A stretch of DNA of 64,000 bases. Origin: a virus. Shown here piece after piece: positions 46,201 to 55,124 of the stretch; position 1 is the stretch's first letter; each line of letters opens with the position of its first letter. The notes under the pieces were generated by a model. It had not been told where the DNA came from. It saw nothing but the letters and a program-made list of their open reading frames with translations, and did no database searches. The stretch covers positions 21,797 to 85,796 of IMG/VR virus record IMGVR_UViG_3300017987_000070. One strand, written 5' to 3'. A program made the translations under genes and the position numbers.

Positions 46201-48450
46201 TTACCATCCTACGAGTGTGAGTCCGCTCACTTCAAACGGGAAGTCGGGACGGATGCCAATGCGCACTCGAACTCCAAAGTTCGACCCGAGTGACGTAAAA
46301 AACGGAAAAGCATTCGACGACAACGTGAACCCAAAGTTCGGAGGGGACGTCGCGTTGTTAAGCTCATCCGTGTTGGTCAAGCATCCTCTCTGAGCACGAG
46401 TCGCCCCGTTGGGATCGAAGATGGCGTTGTTGAACTCACGGTTCAGTGACAGAAAACCGGAGCGGCCACCCAATGAAGGGTCCGCGCTCGGGTTTGCCAG
46501 CATCACTTCTACGATGATCCGGTCGTTCAAGAGGTCTTCCACGGAGAGCGTTCCTGAACACAAGTCCAGTCGCACTACGCCGCCCGAGTGTTCGATCGTA
46601 CCTGAAGAGTTACTAAAGAACCTGTAGTACCAACGGATATTGGCGATCCCTTCGTAGGTCTCTCCCGTCGCACCTGAATAGTCTGGACCCGAAGGCGCGA
46701 ACCCTGTATAGTCAATCGTGGGGTAGGCCACGAACCCGTCGCATCCCCCCGAACAAGGGCGCACCTGCAACCCGAACGTGTCGTCATAGGTCAGGATGTT
46801 CTGAGAAGAATCCCAGTCTCCCACGTCGCGGTCATTCGGCGTGGTGTTGTCATCGTCGCGCTGAAGTCGTCTCTCTTCCCGCCTGAAGTCCTCGAAGTTC
46901 CTCGACGCCGTAGCGTTGCGGTTGTAGAACAGAGTGTTGGAGAGAGCCGCTGTGGCGAACCCTGACTGCCCGAACGGGTCTCTCACACGGGTCCGAACAT
47001 TCCCTCCCGTGGAGCACGTGCCTGAACCCGATAGAGTGAGCAAGAGGTTGATGTCTGCCCGGTCATCGTCTTCAGGCAGCGCATTGGGGATCGTGACCTC
47101 TGCGTCACCAAGGTCGAGTGTGCCGTTGCCAAATCCTGCTGCGAGGTCACTCGCTTGGTACACGAACGGATCACTTCGATACGTCTGGTCAAACGTCTCC
47201 AAGAACCCTTGCTCGATACGAAGCTGCGTGCCGTTCGTATAGTAAGGCACGCCCGACAAGTCGGTGGTCGTGAGGTTCTCCAGCGCGATCGTGGGGTTGC
47301 CTTCGTTCTGTGGGGGAGTAGGACCGGGGTCAATAAACACTCCATCGGTGTTTTCAAAGAAAAACGTCTGAGAGCCTACGACATGTTCGGTGCGGAACGA
47401 CTCAATGCGACCGCCAGAGGCGAACCCAGGCAAGTCCAGAGGCGTGATGCGCGTCTCAAGAAAGCCCGCGCGTGAGGTCAAGTCGAGGATGAGCCCCGAG
47501 ATTTCGACTTCGAGTCCAGGGACACTCTCTACCCGCTCTGTGGCGTCTGTAGTGAACGTGAGCGTCTGACTCACGAGAGTGTTCGTGTCGTCGAAGTAGT
47601 TGACCGTAGCAGTAATCGTGCCCGTGTTCAACTGCGTTGCTTCTTCTGCGTTCACGTAGGAGATCAGCGTCGCGTTGCTCACAGGATGCAAGGCTCCGTC
47701 ATCCCAACCACCCGTGCCATACGCGTTGGCTACTGGGGTCGAGACGAAAGCGTTGTTGAACACCGGGCCTGCGACCGTAGCGTCATTGTTGCCGTCTTGA
47801 GTGTTGTAGTGTGAGAGAAGGAAGAAGTCGAGGTCCACATCCTCGTTGCAGCCACATCCCAGGACCCACCAATTACCTTGGTCATCGCTCTGGAGAATTA
47901 CGAGGTCCAGATAGTCCTCGATGATATATGAAGCGGGACTACCTTCGATGTTCTCTCCAGCAGCAGGAGTGATGATTACACGTCCTGGGTCATCCGTGAT
48001 TTTCTTGATCACGAAACGAGTACCTTCGGGAAGACGCTCTTCAGGAAAGGGGAAACCCAGGATCTCAGGGAGGTTGATGAGGACATCTCCAGCCGAAGTA
48101 TCAACCGTGACGAGTTCCTCATCGATCTCCACGTCATAGACCGGGACGGGATTACCTTTACCTTCCTCGACTTCGAGGTTCTGGACGATGAACCCTTCGA
48201 GGAACTCCGAATCAATGAAGCCTCGAATCGACCCTTGCTGATAAGACGTAAGCGTGCGGTCAGTGAGGAGGATGTCAATCGTCTCACCAAACGGCACGTA
48301 CACCGGGATCTTGTTGTTGCCGAGTTTGTTCTCTTCCGTGTCGAGGTCCGACAAGAAGAGCGAGCCCTTGTTGTTCTCAAGGTGCCTGAGACGAATGAAC
48401 TTTGCGTTCTTCCTGATCAGGGCTCTATGCGAATTGATGATTCCAGGCAT
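46201..48450 (-). CDS. Large structural protein heading the fibre cluster
   Basis: VDTSAGDVLINLP...FVIKKITDDPGRVIITP...IEG...LQSD..GNWWV resembles a tail-fibre-associated module. Acidic and beta-rich. Confidence 0.55.
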   Translation of the reverse strand: MPGIINSHRALIRKNAKFIRLRHLENNKGSLFLSDLDTEENKLGNNKIPVYVPFGETIDILLTDRTLTSYQQGSIRGFIDSEFLEGFIVQNLEVEEGKGNPVPVYDVEIDEELVTVDTSAGDVLINLPEILGFPFPEERLPEGTRFVIKKITDDPGRVIITPAAGENIEGSPASYIIEDYLDLVILQSDDQGNWWVLGCGCNEDVDLDFFLLSHYNTQDGNNDATVAGPVFNNAFVSTPVANAYGTGGWDDGALHPVSNATLISYVNAEEATQLNTGTITATVNYFDDTNTLVSQTLTFTTDATERVESVPGLEVEISGLILDLTSRAGFLETRITPLDLPGFASGGRIESFRTEHVVGSQTFFFENTDGVFIDPGPTPPQNEGNPTIALENLTTTDLSGVPYYTNGTQLRIEQGFLETFDQTYRSDPFVYQASDLAAGFGNGTLDLGDAEVTIPNALPEDDDRADINLLLTLSGSGTCSTGGNVRTRVRDPFGQSGFATAALSNTLFYNRNATASRNFEDFRREERRLQRDDDNTTPNDRDVGDWDSSQNILTYDDTFGLQVRPCSGGCDGFVAYPTIDYTGFAPSGPDYSGATGETYEGIANIRWYYRFFSNSSGTIEHSGGVVRLDLCSGTLSVEDLLNDRIIVEVMLANPSADPSLGGRSGFLSLNREFNNAIFDPNGATRAQRGCLTNTDELNNATSPPNFGFTLSSNAFPFFTSLGSNFGVRVRIGIRPDFPFEVSGLTLVGW

Positions 48451-48455
48451 GGGGC

Positions 48456-48482
48456 GATCCTCTCTAGGTTCAAGAGAGGATC
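48456..48482 (-). promoter_or_regulatory. 10-bp hairpin occluding the RBS of the 749-aa gene
   Basis: On the - strand, GATCCTCTCT-N7-AGAGAGGATC places the GAGG SD in the 3' arm. The upstream stop codon overlaps the 5' arm. Confidence 0.65.
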
Positions 48483-49038
48483 ACTTGAACACGAAGTTGT
48501 ATTCTTTCTTGCCCTCTACCTCACTCTCCTCCCCCTGGGAAGGGGGCTCCTCTGAGCCTCCCCCCTGGAGCTTGAGCTTGGGACGAATCCAATCCTGAAA
48601 CACCTGCTGAATCTCTTGGTAGAAACGGCGCGTACTCATGGAGATAGGTTTGAACACGATGAGCGCGTTCTCTAGCTCATGGTTCTTCGCCTTACCCAGA
48701 CCTTCCATCTCCTCCATCATCGCGTGCAGGTCTTGAAACGACGCATTGTCGAGCTTCGCCTGAATCTGAGGCAGGATGACCGTATTGAACGCTCGAAAGG
48801 AAGCCGGAGATTTGTCGAAGAACGTCTTTTCACTATCTGGAGTTGGAAGGGGGCGGGCATCAAAGATGCCCTTACCCCCCTCCGGGGCCTCTTCTACCTT
48901 GACAGAAGCGTCTTCTTCGGCAGGTTGCGCACAAATGTGGTCAAGGATCGCTCGGAGGTGATCTTGCAAATCAGGGTGTGTCTCCCCAAGCTGAATGAGT
49001 TGATCCTTGAGGTTCATGCTTGCTCCTATACGACTCAA
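48481..49038 (-). CDS. Hypothetical protein with shared N-terminal leader motif
   Basis: LKDQLIQLGETHPDLQDHLRAIL. The start may be the second Met at 49017, which has an AGGAG upstream. Confidence 0.7.
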   Translation of the reverse strand: MSRIGASMNLKDQLIQLGETHPDLQDHLRAILDHICAQPAEEDASVKVEEAPEGGKGIFDARPLPTPDSEKTFFDKSPASFRAFNTVILPQIQAKLDNASFQDLHAMMEEMEGLGKAKNHELENALIVFKPISMSTRRFYQEIQQVFQDWIRPKLKLQGGGSEEPPSQGEESEVEGKKEYNFVFK

Positions 49039-49811
49039 ACGCGGTAGCGCTTGAGCTTCTCCAAGATGAGTTCCCTTTGACGGGGAGACAGTTCGTAACC
49101 TCCGGCCTTGAGCTTCTCTCCGATGTCTCGGGCGAAGTTCATGGTCCAGTCGTCACCCTCGTCCCGAGCGGCACGGTAGAGGTCCCTGAGACGCCCTAGA
49201 AACGCTTCCTGCTTGGGAGTGAGTCCCTGGGGTTCTGGAGAGGGTTCCGGGCCTCTGGGGGCCACTTTGCGCTCTGATGCGGACGCTCGGTCAATCGCGG
49301 CCTTCTGCTTCTTGGAGAGGATTCCTCCTCCCTGGACCTTCGAATGAAAGTCTGCTAGCATCCTGTCGGAGTTCCACCCGTCAATGGATTCAATAGCCGC
49401 GAGGGTTTCTTTCTGGTACTTCTCACGATCTTCGACCTCCGCGATCGCTTCGTAGAACGAAGACGCCTTCTTGTAGGCGGTCTTCATACGCTCGACCCCT
49501 TTGGCGAGGTTGTCACGCCAGTTCTGCGTGCGGGTGAAGTATTTCTGACCTTGAGCCTTCTTGTTCAAGGTCTGACCCGTCACGGTGGATACGAGCTTCA
49601 TGCTCATGGAGGCGTTCGCACGTCCCATGTTCGACCCGGCTCTTCCCAAAGTGGAGCTGATCTCCACGGCAACGGAGTTCGATAGGTGAAGCTGGTAGAT
49701 ACCCGAGGTTCCAGACTTCAGGCTCCACCTACGACCCTGAGTCGCAAGCCACTCCTCAAACTCGGGGCGTGAGATGTCAACGTAGGTAGCTGCTGCTTCG
49801 ACGTGGTTCAT
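49035..49811 (-). CDS. Hypothetical protein with two short LSxK/RQ helical repeats
   Basis: ML.DF..K...GG.LSKKQ and MNF..DI..K...GG..LSPRQ. ATGA-coupled to the helicase gene. Confidence 0.7.
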   Translation of the reverse strand: MNHVEAAATYVDISRPEFEEWLATQGRRWSLKSGTSGIYQLHLSNSVAVEISSTLGRAGSNMGRANASMSMKLVSTVTGQTLNKKAQGQKYFTRTQNWRDNLAKGVERMKTAYKKASSFYEAIAEVEDREKYQKETLAAIESIDGWNSDRMLADFHSKVQGGGILSKKQKAAIDRASASERKVAPRGPEPSPEPQGLTPKQEAFLGRLRDLYRAARDEGDDWTMNFARDIGEKLKAGGYELSPRQRELILEKLKRYRV

Positions 49812-52800
49812 TCTTCTTCTCCGAGGTCAAGGACCATATCCACAATGAAGTTACCGAAAGGGTTCTCTTCGACGAATTCTGCGAAGCGGATAGAGGACTG
49901 GCGAGTCAGGAAGTCTTCATCCTCCGACCTGATGCACGCCTCCCCAATGAAGGGCGACTTCTTCGCAGGCTGATTCCTGTAGTTGATCTGAGGAGCCAGA
50001 ACCTTCACGCTCTGCTTGCCTCGCGTGATGCCCACGTAAGCCAAGCGACGCTCTTCGTCTAGGTCTTCCGATCGGGAGTGTGGCCAGACTCCCCCCGCCA
50101 TAAGAACGAAGAGTTCCTGAGCCTCAAGACCTTTCCACTGGTGACACGTGTTGACATTTACACGTCCGGTCTTGCGAACCTCATCCTCTTTGGACTTGGC
50201 GGTGGCCTCTTTGCCCGTGAGTATGTCTACAGTGTTAAGGAATGCTTCAACCCCAGGTCTAGCCTCTGCGATGCTCAGAAGAGGGTTGAGAGGGGCTTTG
50301 GCAATCTCTTCGAGTTCTTCACGGGTGATGTTCGAGGAAGAAATCTCGCCCTTTTCCTGTAGCTCGTCGAGGTTCATTTTAGACACTAGTTGGTCAAGGA
50401 AAGACATTGGACCGCCACCCATGTCGTCAGTGCCTTTAAGGGTGAGGATACGCTCAAGAAGGGCGGGGAAGCTATTTGTACCCATTGCTCGGAGTTCTCG
50501 AATCGCAACGCCGAGAGCTTCCACACTCAACTGAGAGTCTACTCCAGCCTTGTAGACCAGAGGGTCCTCCGTCGCAAGATACTCACAAATGTCAGTGTAG
50601 CCCGCCTTCTTAGCCATAGCCTTGGCTTTCCAAACAAACTTATCCCCTAGAAGTTTGAAGTTGGGGGTCTTTAGAACGTGCTTAAGCGCGAGGTTTGCCT
50701 TATCTCCCCGTTCGACTGCGATACGAGTCCAGGCAATCACTCCTTTCACGATATCTTTTCCAAAAAAGTTGAAACCTCCCTTGGTCTCGAAAGGAATACC
50801 CGCCGCGATAAGAGCGACAATGAAGGCGTCCTTCTCTGCGTTGGTACGGGTCACGATGCCGAAGTCCCTCGGCTCATACTCTCCTGTCTTGAGCTTGGAA
50901 CGAATCTCCGAGACGACATCCTTGGCGGCGGTTTGATGTGTGTCAGGCTGGGTATATACGATGCGACCCTCACCACTAGACTCTACGGCACGGCAGGTCT
51001 TGGGGAGTTGACGGTCACCGTTGTAGGCAATGAGGTTCTCACCCGCGTTGACGATGTTGGAGCCGGAACGGTAGTTCAACTCCATACGAAGCTCACGGAA
51101 ATCCGAGCGTGCCTTGTCGATATAAAGTTTAGGATCTGCTCCGCGGAATTTATAAATTGAGTTGTGGGAGAGGATGCCATCCCCAAAGAAGTTCGATGCG
51201 TCGTCTACCTGAAGGTCAAGGAACTCACCTTGGACCTTCTCCACCTTTTCGATCCTGTCGAGGACGATCCCGTCCTCAATGCTCGACGCGACAGCTACGG
51301 ACATTCCCTTGTGGAGCCCCGATGCCGTCATCAGGTTGATCATGCCCTCTGGGGTCGAGAGACGGCGGCATAGGTTCGCGCCTGTCTTTGCTTGTAGCTC
51401 TTGAGCGTACTCCAAGCCCTCTTGGTACGAGGAGAACCAACGTCGGATACGGTTGTTCTTACCATGAGAGACCTTCTCTGAAGCCTTCAGGTGATCGAGG
51501 TCTTCTCCCGTCCACTCCAACGTCACTTGCGTGTTGGAAGAGGCGTGAGCGTTCATACGGATGGTACGTCGCTCAATGCCATGCTTCGAGTACGATCCCG
51601 ACATCCAGTGGGGGAGGTCGAAGCGAAGGTTGTGGTCTTCAAGCGCCACTGCTCCGTTGTTACCGAAGGCTTCAAACACCTTGGCGATGCGCTCAGGGTT
51701 GATGCCCCTGGACTCTGCTTCAAAGACCTGGGTGGGAATGCCATAGGTGAGAGAAAGCTCGCTCTCACGGTACAAGGCGTCTTCTTTCGTCGGGCAGATG
51801 TCCAAGACCCACAAGCGTTCCGCGCGCTCATGGTGAGGCCGAGAGCCCCACGAGTTGTTAACGTCCCTGGAGTCTGTGCTCGTCACCCCTACCCGGTACC
51901 CCATGTCCTGTCGGTACATGAGATAGACCATGTGCTCTTCTTCCGAAAGCACAGGGTCCGAAGCCCAAATCTTGTGGTTGGGGCTCATGGTAAGGGTCTT
52001 GCCTGACTCCGTGGTGACCTTGTAGCCCCAATCCCACGAGGACTTTGCGAGGTGTGTGACCTTCTGAGGGACAATCTGGCCGTTACGGTAAGAAAAGACC
52101 TCTTGCCCTACCTGAAGGTCTTTCGCGGGGACGTCGCCCACGGGCGTCATCACCGGCGTGTTGACCTCGACGCATTGCCTGTCGTCACCGATGTAAGCCA
52201 GGATGTCCGACTTCTCTCCCAGAGTGTCGAAGATTTCGTGCTGAACGGCGTTAGTATCCTGAGCCTCGTCTACGAGCACCATCTTGAATTTCGCTTGATA
52301 GCGAGCGCGGAAGCGGTCGTCATCACGAAGCTTGTCACGGAAGCGGATCTGCATGTCGTTAAAATCAAACATAGGTCCGCGAACGTCGTTTTCTTTTAGC
52401 CACGTGTAAGCTGCGCTCAGGGCAGCGGCACAACGCTCTTCGGGAATCTCGGAGTCTTTGTAAAGTCTAACAATGTCGTCGTTAAGAAGGCCCTGTGCCT
52501 TCCATTTACCGAGCATGTTTAGTAGGACTTTGTTGGATACAGGCTTGCCACTACCGTCTTTTGGAAGCTCAACCTCGTGAATCCATGCCAACTCGGGAGC
52601 ATCTATACCCAGGCCCCGTTTCTGGTAACGGAAAGAAGGATTAGGTTCTACCCACTGCTGCTTCTTCTCGCTGTAATAAGGCTTATCACCCTCATCGCCC
52701 GTGCTCAAAGACAACTGACGGTAAGCATAGTTTTCAAGGATCGACTTCTTACCGATGTCGAAGTTGCGAACGCGAAGCGCCTCTGCACGAGTCCCCTCTC

Positions 52801-54919
52801 GTAGCAGAGCATTGAACGATAGAGAGTTCATCGTTTGACCAATGCTCTGCTCTTTGATACCGAACTTGCGCTCAACACGTTCCTTGAGTTCCTCTGAAGA
52901 AAGCTTCGTGAACGACACGGCAAGAATCTGATCGGGAGTCATTCCAAGCTCACGGACTGCATAGCCAATCTTGGCTACCAACGTGTGAGTATTGTGGGTA
53001 ACGATGAAGTCATCTGTTACATATAGGTGGTCAGGGTGGTCAATAGCTATACATTGAGCTTCTTTTTTACCTACTGGCTCAACGCTCTTGATGATGCGCT
53101 GAGTCAGGTACTTTTCACGAGGCTGAACTCTCTCCGCTTTTCTAGGAAGCGAAAACGGATTCATCCCATTCGGAAGCTTAACCGTGATACGATACGAAAG
53201 AGCACCGGCTCTTTTCTCCCCTTTATGTGTATATGAGGTTCTACGCTCACTTTCCTGACAAGTCCCCCCCAAAGATTGTACGAGATGTTTGAAGTCCTCT
53301 TTCAGTCGTGGAGATACCGTGGTGAATGTAACGCTTTTACCCTTTTTCGATACAGTTCCATCGGTATCCATTAGCCCTTGAAGAATAGCTAGACGACTCT
53401 CTTCAGACCCCCAAAGATAGGACTCAGGAATGAATTTTTCACCAGAACGAAGTCCGGTCAATCCTAACTCATCCAAGGCAAGACGAAGAGGGTGAACAAC
53501 TTTGTGTCCTTGCATTTGAATCGAATCATCCATTTGAATGAGATGATCGCAGATCCCATGCGGGCGAAGCACACAGTTCATATCCTCAAGTAGACTTCGA
53601 ACTTTTGTGACAAGGTACTCGTCTGTTGTAGAGAAGCGGAACCCTGTACCTCGTTCTGAGCCAAGATAACCGTCTCCTAGTAGGGCGCCCAAAAGGTACG
53701 GGTCAAGAGACAAGTCTTCTTGATCAAAATTCAAACTTTTTACCGTAGGAACAGCGTATTGAACACGAGAGTAACGACTCATGTGATCTTTGATCGTATC
53801 AAGGTCAAGAACTTTGGTCTTACGTTCTTTACGAGCTTTCCGAGTATTCTCCACCTGCCACAAATGTTCACCGCAACATTCAGTAGAAGACCCATCGTGG
53901 AAGGTGACCCGGTAGATATTCTTCAGACCTTGAGGGTACACGCCTAGGACTTCAGATCGACTTCCATCGTGAGCCATCACGATATCTCCTACTTGGATAT
54001 CGCCCATAAGCTTCCATCCTGATGGAGTCAGAATCTTAGCGTCATGCGGCTGCGCTTTACCCGATCCGGCTCCTGCGTTGACTATGAGCTTACCGTCTGC
54101 CAACAAGACGCGCATCTGCTCATCGTTGAGGCCATACTCGCTGACCCAGGAAGGAAGGTCCGAGTTTGTGATCACGTCAACGGCGTTCGTGAGGGCCGCC
54201 TCCGAGTCCTTGGCGCTCTCGACCGTCTCATTGAGCGTGTTGATGGCGTCCTCACGCTCAAAGGCGAGATCCGCAGCTTCATCGGACACGGGGTCCGCGA
54301 CAGCGATCTTACGATCGAGGTCACGAACTTCCTCTGCTACCGTCTTGGCAGACTCGGTGTCTGCAACCGCCTCGGTCACGGGGTCGACCTCTTCACCACA
54401 TAGCACAGCCGCCTTCTTGAGCCAGTTGCGTGTTTGGTTGAGACCCGAGACCGTCTGGAGAGAGGCGAGCTTGTTCACCACAAGTGCTGGTTGCTCATCG
54501 TCCGCGACTTGGAGAACCTCGCGCATGATGCGACGAGATTTGCGCTTGAACACGTCATTGATGTCCTGACGGTGAGCCATGCCCCAGCGCGCGAACCGCT
54601 TGTAGAACTCCACGCGGGAGTCGAAACGCTCCTTGATGTTCCCGGCACGTGATGCCTGACGGTACGTCCTCTGGAGCAATCCTCCCGAGGGCAGCTCGGT
54701 GAACTGCTGCAAGTGGCTCTCGAACATGTCTTTAATGGGGTCACGGTAGCGAACCATGAGGAGTTCAGCCTTTAACGCGTGCCCATCCGAAGCAGGGTCT
54801 TGCCCTACGGACAAAAGCCACTCCTTGTAAGCGGCCAGTCCCATCTCAAACACGATGAGGTCTACGGTTCTTTGGAGGGTCGCTTTCGCGCTAGGATTCC
54901 TTCCTGCCTCTTTAATCAT
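49808..54919 (-). CDS. UvrD/PcrA-like SF1 helicase (about 1010 aa after splicing) containing two inteins
   Basis: Q motif LNDEQ, motif I AGAGSGK|T, Ia SFTK, II VDEAQD, III GDDRQ|SIYKFRGA, IV NYRS, V TCHQWKGLE, VI EERRLAYVGITRGK. Confidence 0.92.
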   Translation of the reverse strand: MIKEAGRNPSAKATLQRTVDLIVFEMGLAAYKEWLLSVGQDPASDGHALKAELLMVRYRDPIKDMFESHLQQFTELPSGGLLQRTYRQASRAGNIKERFDSRVEFYKRFARWGMAHRQDINDVFKRKSRRIMREVLQVADDEQPALVVNKLASLQTVSGLNQTRNWLKKAAVLCGEEVDPVTEAVADTESAKTVAEEVRDLDRKIAVADPVSDEAADLAFEREDAINTLNETVESAKDSEAALTNAVDVITNSDLPSWVSEYGLNDEQMRVLLADGKLIVNAGAGSGKAQPHDAKILTPSGWKLMGDIQVGDIVMAHDGSRSEVLGVYPQGLKNIYRVTFHDGSSTECCGEHLWQVENTRKARKERKTKVLDLDTIKDHMSRYSRVQYAVPTVKSLNFDQEDLSLDPYLLGALLGDGYLGSERGTGFRFSTTDEYLVTKVRSLLEDMNCVLRPHGICDHLIQMDDSIQMQGHKVVHPLRLALDELGLTGLRSGEKFIPESYLWGSEESRLAILQGLMDTDGTVSKKGKSVTFTTVSPRLKEDFKHLVQSLGGTCQESERRTSYTHKGEKRAGALSYRITVKLPNGMNPFSLPRKAERVQPREKYLTQRIIKSVEPVGKKEAQCIAIDHPDHLYVTDDFIVTHNTHTLVAKIGYAVRELGMTPDQILAVSFTKLSSEELKERVERKFGIKEQSIGQTMNSLSFNALLREGTRAEALRVRNFDIGKKSILENYAYRQLSLSTGDEGDKPYYSEKKQQWVEPNPSFRYQKRGLGIDAPELAWIHEVELPKDGSGKPVSNKVLLNMLGKWKAQGLLNDDIVRLYKDSEIPEERCAAALSAAYTWLKENDVRGPMFDFNDMQIRFRDKLRDDDRFRARYQAKFKMVLVDEAQDTNAVQHEIFDTLGEKSDILAYIGDDRQCVEVNTPVMTPVGDVPAKDLQVGQEVFSYRNGQIVPQKVTHLAKSSWDWGYKVTTESGKTLTMSPNHKIWASDPVLSEEEHMVYLMYRQDMGYRVGVTSTDSRDVNNSWGSRPHHERAERLWVLDICPTKEDALYRESELSLTYGIPTQVFEAESRGINPERIAKVFEAFGNNGAVALEDHNLRFDLPHWMSGSYSKHGIERRTIRMNAHASSNTQVTLEWTGEDLDHLKASEKVSHGKNNRIRRWFSSYQEGLEYAQELQAKTGANLCRRLSTPEGMINLMTASGLHKGMSVAVASSIEDGIVLDRIEKVEKVQGEFLDLQVDDASNFFGDGILSHNSIYKFRGADPKLYIDKARSDFRELRMELNYRSGSNIVNAGENLIAYNGDRQLPKTCRAVESSGEGRIVYTQPDTHQTAAKDVVSEIRSKLKTGEYEPRDFGIVTRTNAEKDAFIVALIAAGIPFETKGGFNFFGKDIVKGVIAWTRIAVERGDKANLALKHVLKTPNFKLLGDKFVWKAKAMAKKAGYTDICEYLATEDPLVYKAGVDSQLSVEALGVAIRELRAMGTNSFPALLERILTLKGTDDMGGGPMSFLDQLVSKMNLDELQEKGEISSSNITREELEEIAKAPLNPLLSIAEARPGVEAFLNTVDILTGKEATAKSKEDEVRKTGRVNVNTCHQWKGLEAQELFVLMAGGVWPHSRSEDLDEERRLAYVGITRGKQSVKVLAPQINYRNQPAKKSPFIGEACIRSEDEDFLTRQSSIRFAEFVEENPFGNFIVDMVLDLGEEE
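51161..52174 (-). mobile_element. Intein 2 (338 aa), Cys1/Ser+1, non-LAGLIDADG insert
   Basis: Splits motif III GDDRQ|SIY. Begins CVEVNTPV, has block B SPNHKIW, and ends FLDLQV...NFFGDGILSHN. Confidence 0.9.
52991..54055 (-). mobile_element. Intein 1 (355 aa), Ala-initiated, class 3 signature, with LAGLIDADG homing endonuclease
   Basis: Splits Walker A GSGK|T. Begins AQPHDAKILTP and ends VTHN. Has W (EHLW), C (AQCI) and T (THN). Endonuclease motifs LLGALLGDG and ILQGLMDTDG. Lower GC than the exteins. Confidence 0.9.
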
Positions 54920-55017
54920 GACTTGCCTCTCAAAAGGTCTTGGTTGCCTTTGGCGATCTCAAGGTGATCTTCGACCGCGTTCCAGTTAAGGGTCTCGAAA
55001 AAAGAATCAACGCATAG
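54916..55017 (-). pseudogene. 3' remnant of a lost gene, resembling the Fe/Mn-SOD C-terminal helix
   Basis: LCVDSFFETLNWNAVEDHLEIAKGNQDLLRGKS* has no start codon. Its stop overlaps the helicase ATG (ATGA). Confidence 0.4.
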
Positions 55018-55058
55018 TTAACTCAGGCCCCTTAACTACAAGAACTATCTCGGGCAAT

Positions 55059-55106
55059 AAAAAAAAAAGACCCCGGCTCCTCGAAAGGAAGCAGGGGTTC
55101 TTTTTT
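55059..55106. terminator. Bidirectional intrinsic terminator
   Basis: A10-GACCCCGGCTCCT-CGAA-AGGAAGCAGGGGTTC-T6, downstream of lipoprotein gene 1. Confidence 0.75.
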
Positions 55107-55124
55107 CTCTCACGACTCTATCTT

